64,000 nt of DNA from Eimeria praecox (lineage: Eukaryota): NCBI GenBank assembly GCA_963920595.1, contig OY986949.1:2294001-2358000 (forward strand), in the 5' to 3' direction. A program made the translations under genes and the position numbers. The notes beneath the pieces are model-generated. The model ran no database searches. It saw only the letters and a list, made by a program, of their open reading frames with translations, and was not told the origin of the DNA. This document shows positions 1 to 13,834 of the stretch, in pieces. Every line of letters begins with the position of its first letter. The first letter of the stretch is position 1.

Positions 1-1188
1 AGCCTGTCAATGACTGCGGATAGAAGAGTTTTTTGTGCATCTTATGGAGTGGTTCGAAGAGAATTTTCCAGCCGCAGTGTACATGGCGTCGACTTAAACT
101 TAAAAGCTAACGGCATTTGCATTTGAGGGGTTCTTTCTCCACTCTATGGGCGTAGGGCTTGCGTGAGCGCCCAACACCATTCTCCAAATTGTGAGACTTT
201 TTCCACAGAAACGACCAACCAGGCTTTTTGTTCAAGGCACACTATTCCAGCTAGATTTCACCTCCTCAGGCTTACGATGTGTAAGCCAGTAATGTGCCGC
301 TTTCCGAGTAGCTGTGCATTATAGGCGAATTTGAATTTGGTTTTGGGCTCCTCATGTGCCGGGTATGGCAGACAATGGCACTTAGAATGAGACTGTCTCG
401 ACTACTGCGCAGAGGTTGTCTGCGCAACAAGTAGAGCAAATCGACCCAATACGCCTGTATCCTGACTGGTGGAAGGGGAAGCTATCATAGTCCTACTTTT
501 CATGAGAACAGCTTCTTCGTGTTTTTGAAGAGCAACCTGACAGCACGTGGCGATCGTTATCTGGCCCTCTGCACGCTAGAGGTGCTGGGGAACTGCACTT
601 TGCCGAAGTGTGATCATTTTCGGAGGTGATAAATTGTTATAATGGCTCTGAGTTGTATATTTCAAGAATGGAGAAGAAGGTGGTGTTAGGCTCACGTGCA
701 CGAAGTGGATGGACCCGCATCGCCGCGCGGCAGGACCATCATCAACTCACCGATATATTAATGAACAGGCCAGATCTGCGGCGGGATACTACTCTGGATA
801 TTTCCCCTTCAAGTGTAATTTAGCTGAAGCTGCATGGGGGGCTGCAAACGAAGAGTGACGCTGGGTCACCGGCCCGGCCACACATCGCTGTGCGGGAAAG
901 CTGGATCTGCAAAGGCTTTCTCAGCATGCCATTCAACTTCTGAAATATGCTTAGAAGCTGTGTGTTTGTGCCTCAATATTTACCCAGATTCAATATCAGA
1001 TGTTATTAGGAGGAAATAGTCTTCTAACCTCCCCAGTGTGCAGGATTGATCAGCCTGCTGCTGATCCAACTGGAAGAACGGGCTGTCCTGACTGCCACCG
1101 CACCTCCTTCGGTCATAAGAGGCAGCTTTTGATGAGTTCTAGATTTTTTACAGGCAACAAATTTGCATCCGGACCGGAAAGCACCAAA

Positions 1189-4100
1189 ATGGTTTGTGGA
1201 GAGTCTTCGTCCCGGGTCCAAGTTTTTGTCAGGTTGCGACCTCTGTCTGCAGAAGAGGTTCGACAAAACCTTTAAGCTTATTCCTCAAGCAATAAGGCTA
1301 GTTTCGATGTCTCTAGCACTTATAAGGGAGTAAATTGCTGAGAAACTGTGCAGCTTATCGCTACTTTAGCGTAGCCAGCACCGTGAGACGGTGGTTTACT
1401 TCTCTATCGCCATGCGCCGATTCCACAAGGCCAAGCGCTGCGTATCCTTATCAAGCTCAGGACGCTCGTGGAGTAGAATGCGTTTGGTCGGTCTCCCCTG
1501 ATAAAAAGGAGCTGCTCCTCCGGCCCCCTCCTTATGAATATGACTCCTCGCGATTGCGCCGCATGCCCAAACTATCCTTCAGTGGCTGCTTCGACTGCCA
1601 CGGCAAGCCAAAGCACGAAATGCAATAGCCTGCGACCCAGCTTTACCGCATGAGAGCAGGCAGATTTGCTTAGGAACGGTTTGGAAAGAGAACGCAACGG
1701 GGCATGCACGCGGCATCTGGGTGGAGTGGGTTGAAGCCGCTTTCTAAATATGGGGCACTTATATAATTGTGTCTTATTTGCTAGATGGCACCGGAGTTGT
1801 CTACGAGCAGGCGGCTCTCCCTTTAGTACGGAAGGTTATTGAAGGTTGGGCAGGATGCATACACTGCATACAGTCGTCAGATGCTTGAAGCCTAGCGATT
1901 CGGCCATCGTAGAGTGCCATCGCCATCCAGTAGCCGAGTTAGAACACTATGCCGATGTACAGCCGGCACACTTTAGCAGAAGACACCGGAAGCAGGGCAC
2001 GAGAAAGGACTGCTCCTCTTATTTGTGCTAGGGACTGACTGCTGCCTCCTCGCTTACGGGCAAACAGGAAGCGGAAAGTCCTACAGTGTTTTCGGAGACG
2101 CGACTGACGAGGGAATTTTGATGCGATCTATGAAAGGTGAGTTGCAATTGCGTGCTAGATGACCACCATTCTGAAACGTAGACAAAGTTGGGATTTAACT
2201 ATCTTGAATCTTCCATTTTCCACAGACATCTTCAGGTTCGTTAAGAAGCATAAGGACCAAGCTGCTCAGCATGCAAGCCAGGTCTCCACCATCGTAAGCT
2301 TATTTAATGTTCGTTTAATGAGCAGATCAAATTGGGATACTTTTTAGCATATTACGCTGTCTCAGAGCCGATTCCACTGACGGCGGGTAAATAGATTTCG
2401 CAGACAGCATGGGACTGTTATTTGCTACTTCAACTTGAAATAATTTCATTACCTAGTGTAATAAGCTTACGGCAGTAGTTCAATAAACTGTGCTGGATAC
2501 GCAAGTTTTATCAATATCTATTCATTTATTGCTTTGATCACTTTGGGGGTTCAGTCAGTGCCCACACGCAACTTTGTTTCCTACGAGCACTGGACAATAA
2601 TCACTACAGCCATAAAGCCCCATTGCATCTTCAGTGTAGTAGCTTTTTCCCAAGGTATTTGAGCTGATCATAACTGATGTTACATGAGCTAGGTCCATAA
2701 TGTCTTGGCCCAAGTCGCTCCCACTACATCCTGAGCGCACAAGCACTCAGCAAGTTGATTGAATGATTGATTGAATGTGCTGACGTTCAAAACATTTCTA
2801 CAAGAAGCTTTGTCAAGCTCCATGCTCGCCTTATTCTAAGTATCTAATACTAGTGATTCGGGGAAAGCAACAGTTTGTGATCCTCAGCAAGTTTAGTAAT
2901 CACTAAACCCACCATGCAGACCTGACAGCATCATATGCTGGCGACTTCAAGACACTCCCCCATATGTCCAGTGCTACATTAAATTTTGCCTCAACAATTT
3001 CGCGCTATTCGAATGCAGACTCATAAAGCAACAAAATTGTGTGGGCAGCTATGCTTCCTTTCTTTAACTCAGCAATACGAAGTTCGCGTATCCATTGTGG
3101 AAGTCTATTTGGAGAAGGTGCACGATTTATTAAGGCAAATTGATACATGCAGTGGAGTAGAAAGCCCCAAGATGCGTGTGTGTAAGGCACCGTTGCTCAT
3201 TTAAGGGTTCGCCACACCAACTGTTTCAAGTTCGCCCAAACATGATGAAATGCTTGAACCGCAGCGCCACCCTGTCTAGTTAAAGCTACCTCAAAACTTC
3301 AGTTGCAACGTTAATAATGGCATTGGCTCAAAAGCCTGTCTCTTGATGTTGAGATGCCACATAGGTGAAGGAGACACCCCACACAGGAACCTTCCATGTA
3401 GAAAATTTGTGCGAAGTGACTGTGTTGGACTGTGACGATCTTACGGAGATACTGCTCCAGTAAGTACTAAGCTGCCTCTGAAGAATTTTATGCAGTTCAC
3501 AACATAGCCACTACATTCAAAGTGATTCTTACTCGTAGCAGCTCTTAAAGTGGTTACAGTGTGCTGCAGTCTTGATTTTCGCACTTGCGCGTGCTTAGGT
3601 GTGAGAAGAAGCGCAAGGTAGCCTCCACCAACTATAATAACAAGTCTTCCAGGTTTGCCTGCATTTCATGTAGTTCTTACGTCATCGCATTCCCCATAGC
3701 CCTTTGTGACAAGCAGCTGGGCACTATGCAACTATCGTTCTTTAGAGAAGTAGATCGTTCGTTGTTTCAGTAGCGCGGCGTCGTTTGATGTTGCAGATCG
3801 CACGTTGTGGTATTCACGCGTCTCGTCGCCTCATCAGAATTATGGTGCCTGGGGAAGTTGAGTCGACTGGAGGTTGGAAGAAGCACGCTTACGCTTGTAG
3901 ATCTCGCTGGATCCGAAAGGATGTCTCGCTGCCCGGCCGCTAGGCTCCGCCAGCCAGAGGGTGCAACTGACGTCCAGACGAAGAAAGTAATATTATCACG
4001 CAGCTAGCACCGCACACAAGAGCAGACATAATTGACATTATGCCGTAGCTGTTGGCGAACAGAAGGAGAGGGCTATTAAACAACCTCAAGGTCACGTTGA

Positions 4101-6777
4101 GCACATTGTTGGCTTTTTACTTCTGCTAAGATGTTTCTTTTGTGGCTGATTTCAGCTTCGTTGCGCCGAGAGCACTGTAATCAACAAATCTTTGTTTTTT
4201 TTAAGGTACAGTTCTTGCAACCATAATGCGCGGGAGCAAGGCCAGGGAATGCAGCTTCAGGTTTCCTCCTGCAAACAGTATGCCCCACAATTGCTGCGGA
4301 AATGTTCAGTCTTTGCTTCGGATCGCTGTTAAAGCAGGAAGAACAGCGGCGTGGAGAGGTAAGGGTGTTCCGATAACGAGGTTTTGTCCTGTAGCAAGCG
4401 GTATTGAGTAGCTGCTCGTTTCCGTCTCATCATCAGCAGAGCTCCCGATAGGCATTTTAAGGGCTAAAATGGCAACATACTCTTCCTGCGGCATTCAGGC
4501 AAGCGTTCACACAAACGGAACTGGAACTGGAGGTGCAGATGTTCCGATTCCTTACCGCTATTCAAACCTTACCCGTATTCTCGCAGTGCGCCCCAAATTC
4601 TGTAGACGGCACAATATCCTCCTGCTTGGCAGATTGACGCATTTTGATTGGTCCTCCCCATCTTCTGCTTCCATTTATGTGCAACGACCTAGTATACCAC
4701 ACAGTTACTTGGATTGTCGGTCACTATCTCATTATGCATACAGTGTGTTATGGTGCTGCAATATCGCTGCAGAGAAGTCTGCACAGCGATGCAAGCATTG
4801 TACTGCTGGTGACACTAAACCCCGCATGCACGGCTACTCAGCTTTCGCTGCATGCAATAGACTTCGCGCAGCGAGCTTCCTGTCTTCGGGAGCGACCCAT
4901 CAGGAGAGGCGAGGCCTCGGCAAAGCAGTGTCTCTTGAGGCAGTATGAACTTCTGAAGGAGTGAGGCAGCAAGGCAGCATATAGTTCCGCGGCCCTGATA
5001 AAACCAGCAGCACCTATATATAGCGCACTATGATTACTGCAGTAACACCTTGCGTTTGGCCATATATGCGAATTCAGGCTAAAACGCGCAGCAGAAAGCT
5101 TTAAGATGGCGGTACGCTATCACGCATAATCAGGAACAACGACACATACGGTTTTGGTTCTGGAATAGGCAAGCGATGATCAGCAAAGCAAGCTCTTAAC
5201 CTTGTCTACACCTATACAGTGTACGCCAGAGTCTGTGCCTGCAGCAGTTGCCCAGAGACTCGCTTCACAGTGCGGAGGAACGTCAGGAGGCTACTCAATT
5301 GCAGCAAGAGTTGCAACACCAATTCGAGTTATTAAACAGTATCCTCTTACGGCAAATGGGCCTGCACTACTCCATGATGCCCACCGACACTCTCGAAATT
5401 GATGAGGTCCAGAGCAGAACTCTCACGGGCAGTCAGGCACATGAAAAAAGCGCGAATAATTCTGCACGTTCTTCCTTGCTAAACGAGTCTTCAACAATTC
5501 ACCAAAAGCACGGTGCTCCCGGAAATGACTTGGAGAAAGTGAAGAGCAGAATACCGCTGCCACTCTATCAAGGAGAGCTTGCGTCTCAAAAGTCGGCACG
5601 TTGTTTATCCGAAAAGGCCATTGACTGGTTGGCACACTGTGAGTGCTCACGAACATCACAAAAAAAGCCTGAAGACAGCAACTGCTCATCCTCGTCAATA
5701 ATAGACGAGCAGATGGGAGGCAGAAACGATGTTCTCAGTGGACGGAGAGACGGCATAACCTCCGATATCACATCCCCGTTCAGTTTTTTTCACTGCCAGC
5801 AGCAGGAAGAAGGAGGTTCTGCTGGTGGGAGCACGCAAGCAAACAAAGGTATCCCATCCATACCCTCAGTGTTGCTGAAACCCTCCGAAGATGGATCATC
5901 CATGCTCCAGAACATGGAGTACAGCTGCACTGAATCAAAGCCTTATTTGCAACAACCTGAAGGAAAGGCTCCCCAAACTTGTTGCCTGCCTCAATTCTGT
6001 TCCGTCACTGGGGAGGCGTGGCCAGCTGAAACGCCTCACCTCTCTTCTCTTCACAATACAGAAAAGAAAATCCCAGTTGCCCAGATTATGACGCCCGGCC
6101 CAGTAAGTCGCAGACCCCGAGCATCGAAAGCCAACAACGACCACCAGCCTGCCTGGCGCTCTCCTCTTTTCCCCGGTGTATTAGAAGCCACCACCGCATG
6201 TCCTCGTGTCTCCCACGGTTCCCTTCAGCACACAAGAGGAGGCCAGTGGAGGCCTTCCATGACTGCACTGCAGCCACAGCGTCCGCACCCCTGCAGCGCC
6301 TCCTTACAAATACAGCAGAAACTGCTTGGTTCTAGCTACCAGCTGCTCTTGCCAGTTCATGCTGTAGCAGCTGAGCGCCAACCTGTCCGCCTACAACTGC
6401 CGCAACAGTGGATAGGCCAGTGGCAACCGATGCCACAAGAGTGGAATTGTTTACAACGGCTTGCATTGCAGCGGGCCAGAATGCAACAGGTCCCTATCCC
6501 ACAGCCTATAAGGCAAAGCAGAAGCTATGGCGGCTTTCCATGCGCTGACCCTATTCTTCCTCAAAATGTGACAGTGCCGTGGGCCGCTGTGGTGACTCCC
6601 ACCCCCTGCCTATGGAGTTTCTGGGACGGTATGATCCGCGCTGAAGAGCTGTTTGCTGGGCAGCAAGGGGCACCTCTCCCAAGCATGAAACCGTCAGTTC
6701 CTAGAGTTGACGCATTATTTTCAGGATGCTCCGAATCCCCAAGCAGGACGGAATTATGTCTGCTGGGACAAAACTGA
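1189..6777 (+). CDS. Kinesin with N-terminal motor domain and long low-complexity tail (about 15 exons; subfamily uncertain, possibly kinesin-7-like)
   Basis: Spliced exons rebuild the kinesin motifs in order: VQVFVRLRPL (1189-1257), FSGCFD (1461-1602), VYEQAALPLVRKVIEG (1785-1844), P-loop AYGQTGSGKS (2032-2136), VSIVEVYLEKVHDLL (~3073-3177), switch I NNKSSR|SH (~3599-3652/3797), switch II LVDLAGSER, INKSL (~4156-4205), IPYRYSNLTRIL (~4499-4585) and LLVTLNP...AIDFAQRA (~4772-4960). The last exon is 5248-6777. Confidence 0.93.
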
Positions 6778-7082
6778 AGCATGCATTTTTATTTAAGTTT
6801 TTAATATAGGGCCCGTATGCGTTGGGAACGCAGCATAAGAAACGATATTAGGCAAAATGACTACAAAAGGTCCTGCTTCCACATACTTTAAGGCTTGCTG
6901 AAAAATAAAAGTCCGTTCGCATCGCTGCATTGCTAATCGTAAGCAAAACATCCAGGGCCAGCCGCGCAGACCTCTTGGGCCGCTGCAGAGAACAGAGCTC
7001 CAGTTGTAAAGTAGTGATCCAGTGAGTAAAAATTACGAGGTTCACGGCTTTCCCTACCGGTTCCCCTCTGGAAAACCTGATG

Positions 7083-10000
7083 TCATGAGCTGCCAATATT
7101 CAAGAATAACGACTTCAGATGGGCGATAAGCTTTGGGTCCTCCCTCCAACGAATATTCTGTCGCATGAACAGCAGCATCTTGTGCAATCTCGACCGCCTG
7201 CGGCATTCACCACCTCCCAACCCATGCCACTCGCTGCACCTGTGGTTGAATACCCGCTAATACATTCCTTGCTGCAGAGCTGCATCAACTGTGTGGAGGC
7301 GCTGCTAGGAGTTTTCACTCTCACCTTTCAGTTACGCGATCCTGTGAAAACCACTTCGTGTGGGAAGAACGCCGTTTGCTGATACAAAGCGGTAGTGGGC
7401 CCCATAAGGGGCATTGCTGTTTTGATGCTGCTCTGCCATCACTTAAGTGGCTATCTGGCAGTCGAATAACTTCTGTCGAATCCGGTCTCCCATGGAGCCC
7501 AGAAACTTCACGCGGCTTCACAGGGCAGCGAATCTTATCCACTCGCTGGGGAGTAAGCTCTCGTGTTGAGTCTTCCCCGTGAGACACGCTAAGTGGTGCC
7601 GGAGGAGCGCCTGCCTGGAGCGGCAGTTCTCGCTGCCTGGAGATCATAGTGCTTGAAGACCCAAACAGTGCTGCGTGTGCCTGTCTGAGCTCATTCAGAC
7701 GAGCTTTCAAACTGGAATGCAGCCCAAATGCTGATCCAAATGCGGATCCGGCACCTGTGGGCATCTGCGCTGGAAACCCAGTTTCCATGCAAGGGCAATG
7801 AAAGCCCAAAGCAGCTTGAAGAAGTTTGCCCTGGCTTCTACCCTCAACTGGTGTATCAACACGGCCAAGGCACCCGAAGGTGCTAGACCTAATCGAGCCA
7901 GCGGAAGGCTGCTCCGGATAACGCGGCTGTGACTGGCAATCGCGCGAAGGGCCTACAAGGAGCGTCTCGATCGCATTGAGATTGCGCGTTAGGAAATACA
8001 CATACTCAACTACAAACACGCCGCAGTCATACCCATTCTGCTGACGTGGTGTGTGCAACGTGCAGCTATGGCCATCGTGCCAACAACAACTATCGGTGCA
8101 AAGTTCCACCCTCTCGCCGCTCTTCAGCTCACCCCCGCATCGATGCTCGAACTCCTACAGCACACAAAAGCAGGCGGGATTGGATTCCAACATGATTCGA
8201 GCAAGTGCACATGCACAAGGCATTAGCCCCTGCCAGGCTTCGGTAAGCTAGCCCAAGTGCACAGTCACACTTTATATGCGCTAGTTCACCTTATCTAAGC
8301 ACTCCTGTTACAGTGTCTACAATGCGCTCCCTCACTTGCCGCAAAAACCTCTTAAGCCGGCCACGGCAACGATCGAAGACGCTGCGGAGACCCATAGAAT
8401 CTACATGAAACAGTCGAGCCTTCTCACGCGGCGGCTTCTGTGAGTGTGGCCCTGAGGCCTTCAAGGAAGCCGGTTCATGCCCTACATCGACCCCACGGCA
8501 TTTCCCAATTAGAAAGGGTGTAACCTTTCCTACAGAAGAGCTCCTCGGAGACCCCTTGATACCAGCCTGGTGGGCAGGAACATCCAATGGATAAAGCTCC
8601 TGGACATCGCCCACATGTTTGCTGATTTCATGTTTACACACAGATTTCTCTGGTTTCCCTACGGTCCCATTCTCCGCGTTGGTTTGGGAGGGGTTGAGAG
8701 CGCGCCATGGGTAAACTACCACAGCGAGACTCCAATGTTGGTGTTTGTGGTGAACAGGAATAAATATGAAGTCCTTCTTGGGGAGGGGAGTGACCTCCTT
8801 CTTGAGCCACCGAGTCAAGCGGGTGTGCGCCTCCATTTCGCATCTCTGCTCCATGAGGGCTGAGAGAAAAAAAGTGTTGGAAATATGCACACGAAGTCTT
8901 TCTTCCGGCGTCAGGATCTGCATTCATACACAACTGTTAAATAGTGGCCATGGATGCGCATTTAGTGCCAGAAAGAGACAAATCACTGCAACCAAATAAC
9001 TGAATTATCCAGAAAAGCAGGGTAGCAACATGAGCGGAATTTAGTCATCGCAAAGGGCAAATATAAACATAGGAAACAAACCATATAATCATACCCACGC
9101 GGCATCCACTAAATCATACAGCTTTTCCCATCACACGCACGCATATAAATTCAATGTTAATGCAGCTTCTCAAGAGTCTCAGGCGCATGCTTTTGAGTAG
9201 CAATGCAAAGCATGATACTGCGCCGCAAATGGGGAAGCGACTTCGCTCACATGGTCAACTATGAACCCCAGGCAAAAGTCGATGATAGTATCGTCCAGAA
9301 ACTCCTTTTCGCTAAGGCGCCGTAAAGTCCTGTCGTCCAGCAGCAGATCAAACACGGGAGGGGAGGCGACCGCCGTTGGTCTGGCTAAAGTGGCAGATGA
9401 TTCCACCTTAATGTCTGCCTTGGGTAGTGCAGAGCTGCTGTGTGACGCTGCAGCATCGAACGGCGAAATCCTCACGTCCCCACTTGCGCCAACTATCGAT
9501 GAATCCACAGCAGCCTGAAGTCCTCTCGCTCTCCAACAGGATACCAAACGTTCGACCGAAAAACTAGAAACGGCCCTTCTGCCCTTGCGCAGTGCTTTCC
9601 AAGGCCCGAGGCTGCTCATCAAAAAGTCATGCAACACTCTGGAGACGTGAGATATGACTTGCGGCAGCTGCTGGCCTCTGTTCCCTTGGTTTTCTAGAGA
9701 GGCCCATTTATGCTCTGTGATGCAACCTGTAAAGAACGCGACAAGATCTGCTACATCGGTGTGTTCGTAAAGCGTCCCTCTTCCCCGGAAACGGTCAAGA
9801 GGCGCTCCATCTACGAGAGTCGATGGAAGCAGAACCTCGAAAAGAGACAGTAAGTCACTCCTGCAGCCAGTAGGAATTTCCTTCTCCCAAAATTGTAGCT
9901 TGGCCCCGCCGCCGTTGCTCTCCTCGTCTCCAGGGGAGGCACAACCCAAATTTGGCACAGCCGGATCCGCCTCAGAGGTCTTAGAGTCACTCTGCTTTCC

Positions 10001-13000
10001 CCCTCCTGTTGTTTTTTCTGTTGATGGAGCAACGTGCAAGGCCGGGCCAACGCAGAGGAGCAACCAGGGGCCTTTTTTCTTTGAAGATCCCATCGGTATC
10101 CTTGGAGAAAATTCGTCAATCGCTTCAATGGCCACAGAGGGTTTCTCTCTTGCAATTGAGAAATCCAAAGCGCGTGTCGGAAGTGCAGCTGCTGGACTGG
10201 TGCCTTCCCTAAAATGTGACCTTTCACAAGGTCCGATTTCGGTCAGATTTGCAATAGAACTTATGACGTTGGCGGGCACACCCCCTGTGCAATGAGTGGG
10301 GATACTGCCAGCAATGTCGTCGCTGCGCTGAGCCACCAAGTTCTGCGCTGGACTGTGACGCAACTCCTTCCTGTAGCCAGCCGCTGCTACAGGCGAAGTA
10401 GATGACGCTTCGCGTCGCAACTTCTTGCGCTTGCTACTGCTACTCCTGCAGGGTCGCCGTGAATTGCTGCTGCGTTCATGCTTGGAGGTGGACGATCTCG
10501 TCCTAGAGCTTCGATTGCTGGTACTGGAGGACTGAAGCACGCTAGCAAGTCCGTGGCCGCCTTCCGTGGGAGATTCCCTGGAAGCATCGCTATGGCCATG
10601 AACCACATTGCTGTTGCTCTTCGTGCTCATGCTGTTTTTAATGCTAGAGCTAGCCCCAGAACTGTTGCTATTGGTACTGGAAATGCTGGCGCTGCTACTA
10701 CTGTCGCTGCCCCCCCTACTCCTGCCGCTCTTGCTACTCCTTCCCCTTTTTCTGTGGGAGCTCCTGTGTCTGGAGCTTTTGGTGTGGACTATGGGCCGCG
10801 GGGAATCTGAAAATGCAGCAGAGGTCTTGCATGCCGCGCCTGACGATTTTCCTGTGTTGGGCTGCCCCTCTTGAAGGGAAGAAGCAAGGCAGCATATGCT
10901 GCTCTTCCTTTCCTGCTCAAACATTTTCTGCAGCAGATCGCTGCAGTTCAACTTGCTTGCCTGAGACTGCTGAAGCTCCAAGAAAAGGACTGGAACAGCA
11001 CGGCCTTCTTGTGAAGAGGCATGGCGGCCTGAGGCCTTAAGGCATTTGCTGCAGGTGTGGCCGTAATATACCGTAGACTTGCGGACAGGTGCATCCTTAT
11101 GCGGTAATTCCTTAACAGGACGATGCTCCCGTCTCTCTTTTATCTCCTGTAGTTGCTGTTCCCTACTTACACTTGAGCTCAGGGTTAACCTGCTTTCAAA
11201 CTTCGAGGGTCCCTCCACCAAATGCTGCTGGCGCTCCACATCCTGATCCTCCGCGCTGTCAGAGATGCCGTATCGGTTGTTGCTGCTGTCTCTCTTGCTC
11301 TTCTTTGCCGTCTCATCCCTCTTAACCTCACAGCGTGTGGAACTGCATGAAACTGGAAGCCCTACGTCGGTCGTAGGAAGGGGTATGCCATGTAAAGGCT
11401 TTCCATCCGTCACAATCAGCGCATTGCGCGGGGTGACAATGCCGTGTGCTTGCTCCTCCTCAAGTAAAAGGGCTCCGCTGCATTGGGTAGGGGTGCAATC
11501 ACCGCTAGCAGTTCTTCCACGCCCAAGAGATCCTTCAACTTTAGAGGGCTTCTCCTTTCTTTCTCTTCTGCGCTTTTGGCTCGGCTTGCTCTGGGAGGAA
11601 CTGCTTGGCTTGTTTGTGCTCCTTGTCCTGCTTTGTCGTCTGTGGTAGCTACTGGAACAATGTTTTCGCAGTGCTTCCCCTCTATGCTCCGGTTCTTCTG
11701 AGGGGCTGTCACTGGCTCCCCTGTGTGTACTAGACCTCGCTTTTTGCGCGGTTTTTGGCCTCTCATACTCACCAGCCGCAGCCGCATTATGTTCAGCTGT
11801 TGGCATATCTTCACGTGCGAGCACACTAATGGGATGCGTTACATCCGCTGACGCTGAGCACGGCGCGACAGCGGCACCACCACTCAAGGCGAGCGCACTG
11901 GAGATTGGTTGAACAGAAGTATCCCCTGAATTGGAACTGCTGTTCCCACCGATGGTCTGTGAATCCAGTCCGTCGCTCCTACTGTGAGTATCCACTACGG
12001 TTGGTTCCAATCCAGGTTTAGCCTGTGCCTGCACTGCGTGTGCTCTCATGTCTTTCTTGTTTTTTGCATGGGGATTCGAGCGATGTGCGCTATTTCCACG
12101 ACAGCGGCAGCAGCTCATCGCTTTGCTGCAGTGAGTCCAGTCGCCAGCCCTCCCTCTCTCTTTGCTAAGATCTGACTTCAGGATATCTGGGAAAGCACCT
12201 GAACCGCCAAGGCCTAGCCACCTTAAGCGAGAAATCATGCTCTTGGGGAAGCACAGTAGGCTGACCAGGCTGCTCGGTGACTGCAGCTCAGCTTGCCTGT
12301 CAAGGAAAGCCTCAGCATGTAGCTTTTCCCCAGCTTCCGGAGTCGCCAGAGCCGGTTCTGGGGGCGGCTGCCATAGATAAAGCGAGACGTCGCCCTCCTC
12401 AGGGTTTGCTTGCAACACCAGCACCCCATCCGCTCTGCAGCTATCCTCCTCAAATCTTGGTTCCAGTACTCCGTTGCCTCCAACTGTTGAATCTGGTGCT
12501 CCTTCACTTCTGCTACGATGGTGCTGGTGCGGCTGCAGCATTGCACACTCTGCCGCGACCCGGCTGAGGGCTTCGGCACTAAGCACACAGCAGTGTCCGT
12601 CCCCCCGAACCAGCGCGGCCATCAATATAAGGAAAGCACTCGCCGCTTCCGTTTCAGCTCTCCCCACTCCCCGCGGAGGTCCTGGCGAAGAATTGAAAGC
12701 ACTCCTTCCATCTGCAGCTTCACTTGTGGGCTGACCCTGCGCCACGGAGCCATGAACACCATGCTTGTGGGTAGTCACCGGTCCTTCCTCTTCGTCAGAT
12801 GAATCTTCTATTCTGACCACCTCAGTTAGGGCTGCAGCTGCTGTCTGGCTGCGAGTGATCCTTGATCCGACCGTAGATGGAAGGCGCTGCGCAGCGGACG
12901 CATTCGTTGGGAGTCTTCCTCTAGCCGCTGGCGCAGTAGTAACTGGGCCTACGGGTGTTTGAGAGCCTCTAGATCCAGTCACGAGCCATGTTGGTTCTCC

Positions 13001-13834
13001 TCTTGAGTTCGAGTTTGAAGGTGCTGCTCTGGCATCCCCCATATGGTTGCGTCGGTGTTCTACTGGTGGCAACGGCTTATTTGAAGCAACAGCCGAAGAC
13101 CTGCAATGATGTTGCACTTTGCTTACTTCGCCACGAGGGCTCCCAGTCGGCTCGTTTGAGTCTCCTACCACCATAACGCTGCTTTTCATTACAGCAAGGG
13201 CTTTGCCCGTCTTCTTAATAGCCCAGCTTCTGCCTTCTGCCACTGTTTCTGATGGGCCTTCTGGTCTTGCTGAGGCCAAGTTCATCCGAATGTCACAGCG
13301 GCTCTGATCGAGCGAATGACGTTGTTCCAATCGAGAACTGGGCAACCCTGCTGCGCTGCCATGGGGTCGTAAAACTTCATCTCCCCCAGGTCGCGCATGT
13401 ATCCCTGCAAGGGGCTGCGTGGCAACTGGAGGTCTTTCTGGCGTAGGGCCTTCACATGCTTCGCTTGCAGAGAAATCACCCTGAGAAGCTAGAGGCTTCA
13501 CTTGCTGTAACGGGGCATTTAAACAGTTCAGTGCCCGAGAAAGCACGCAGCCCTGCCCCTTCCCAGAAAGCACTGCGGTCTGGCGGTCTCTTGGTGGGCA
13601 GAACTCAGTTGGTGAAGCAGGTACTTTAGGAATTTGCATTCTTTGAGAAAACTTTGGATCCATTTCTATCTCTCTGCAGGCTTGTGAGATGTCTTCACTT
13701 TCGCTTCCATGCAGACTAGACCCACCGCCAACACCACGTTGCTGAGGAAGTCGGCTGCACAGGACAGATTCCTGTCCCAGGGCCTTTTCAGGGGAGCCAC
13801 GCAGGACGGGCTGGGGCTTCATATGAGCCTCCAT
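7083..13834 (-). CDS. Ulp1-family (C48) SUMO protease, Ulp2/SENP6-7-like, with very long N-terminal extension
   Basis: Exons 13834-9251, 8917-8336, 8154-7325 and 7197-7083 join in frame at GT-AG sites. Motifs: FLDDTIIDF, ISNTFF, KDFIFIPV..HQHWSL (catalytic His), HVDSM (Asp) and QQNGYDCGVF (oxyanion Gln and catalytic Cys). Confidence 0.92.
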
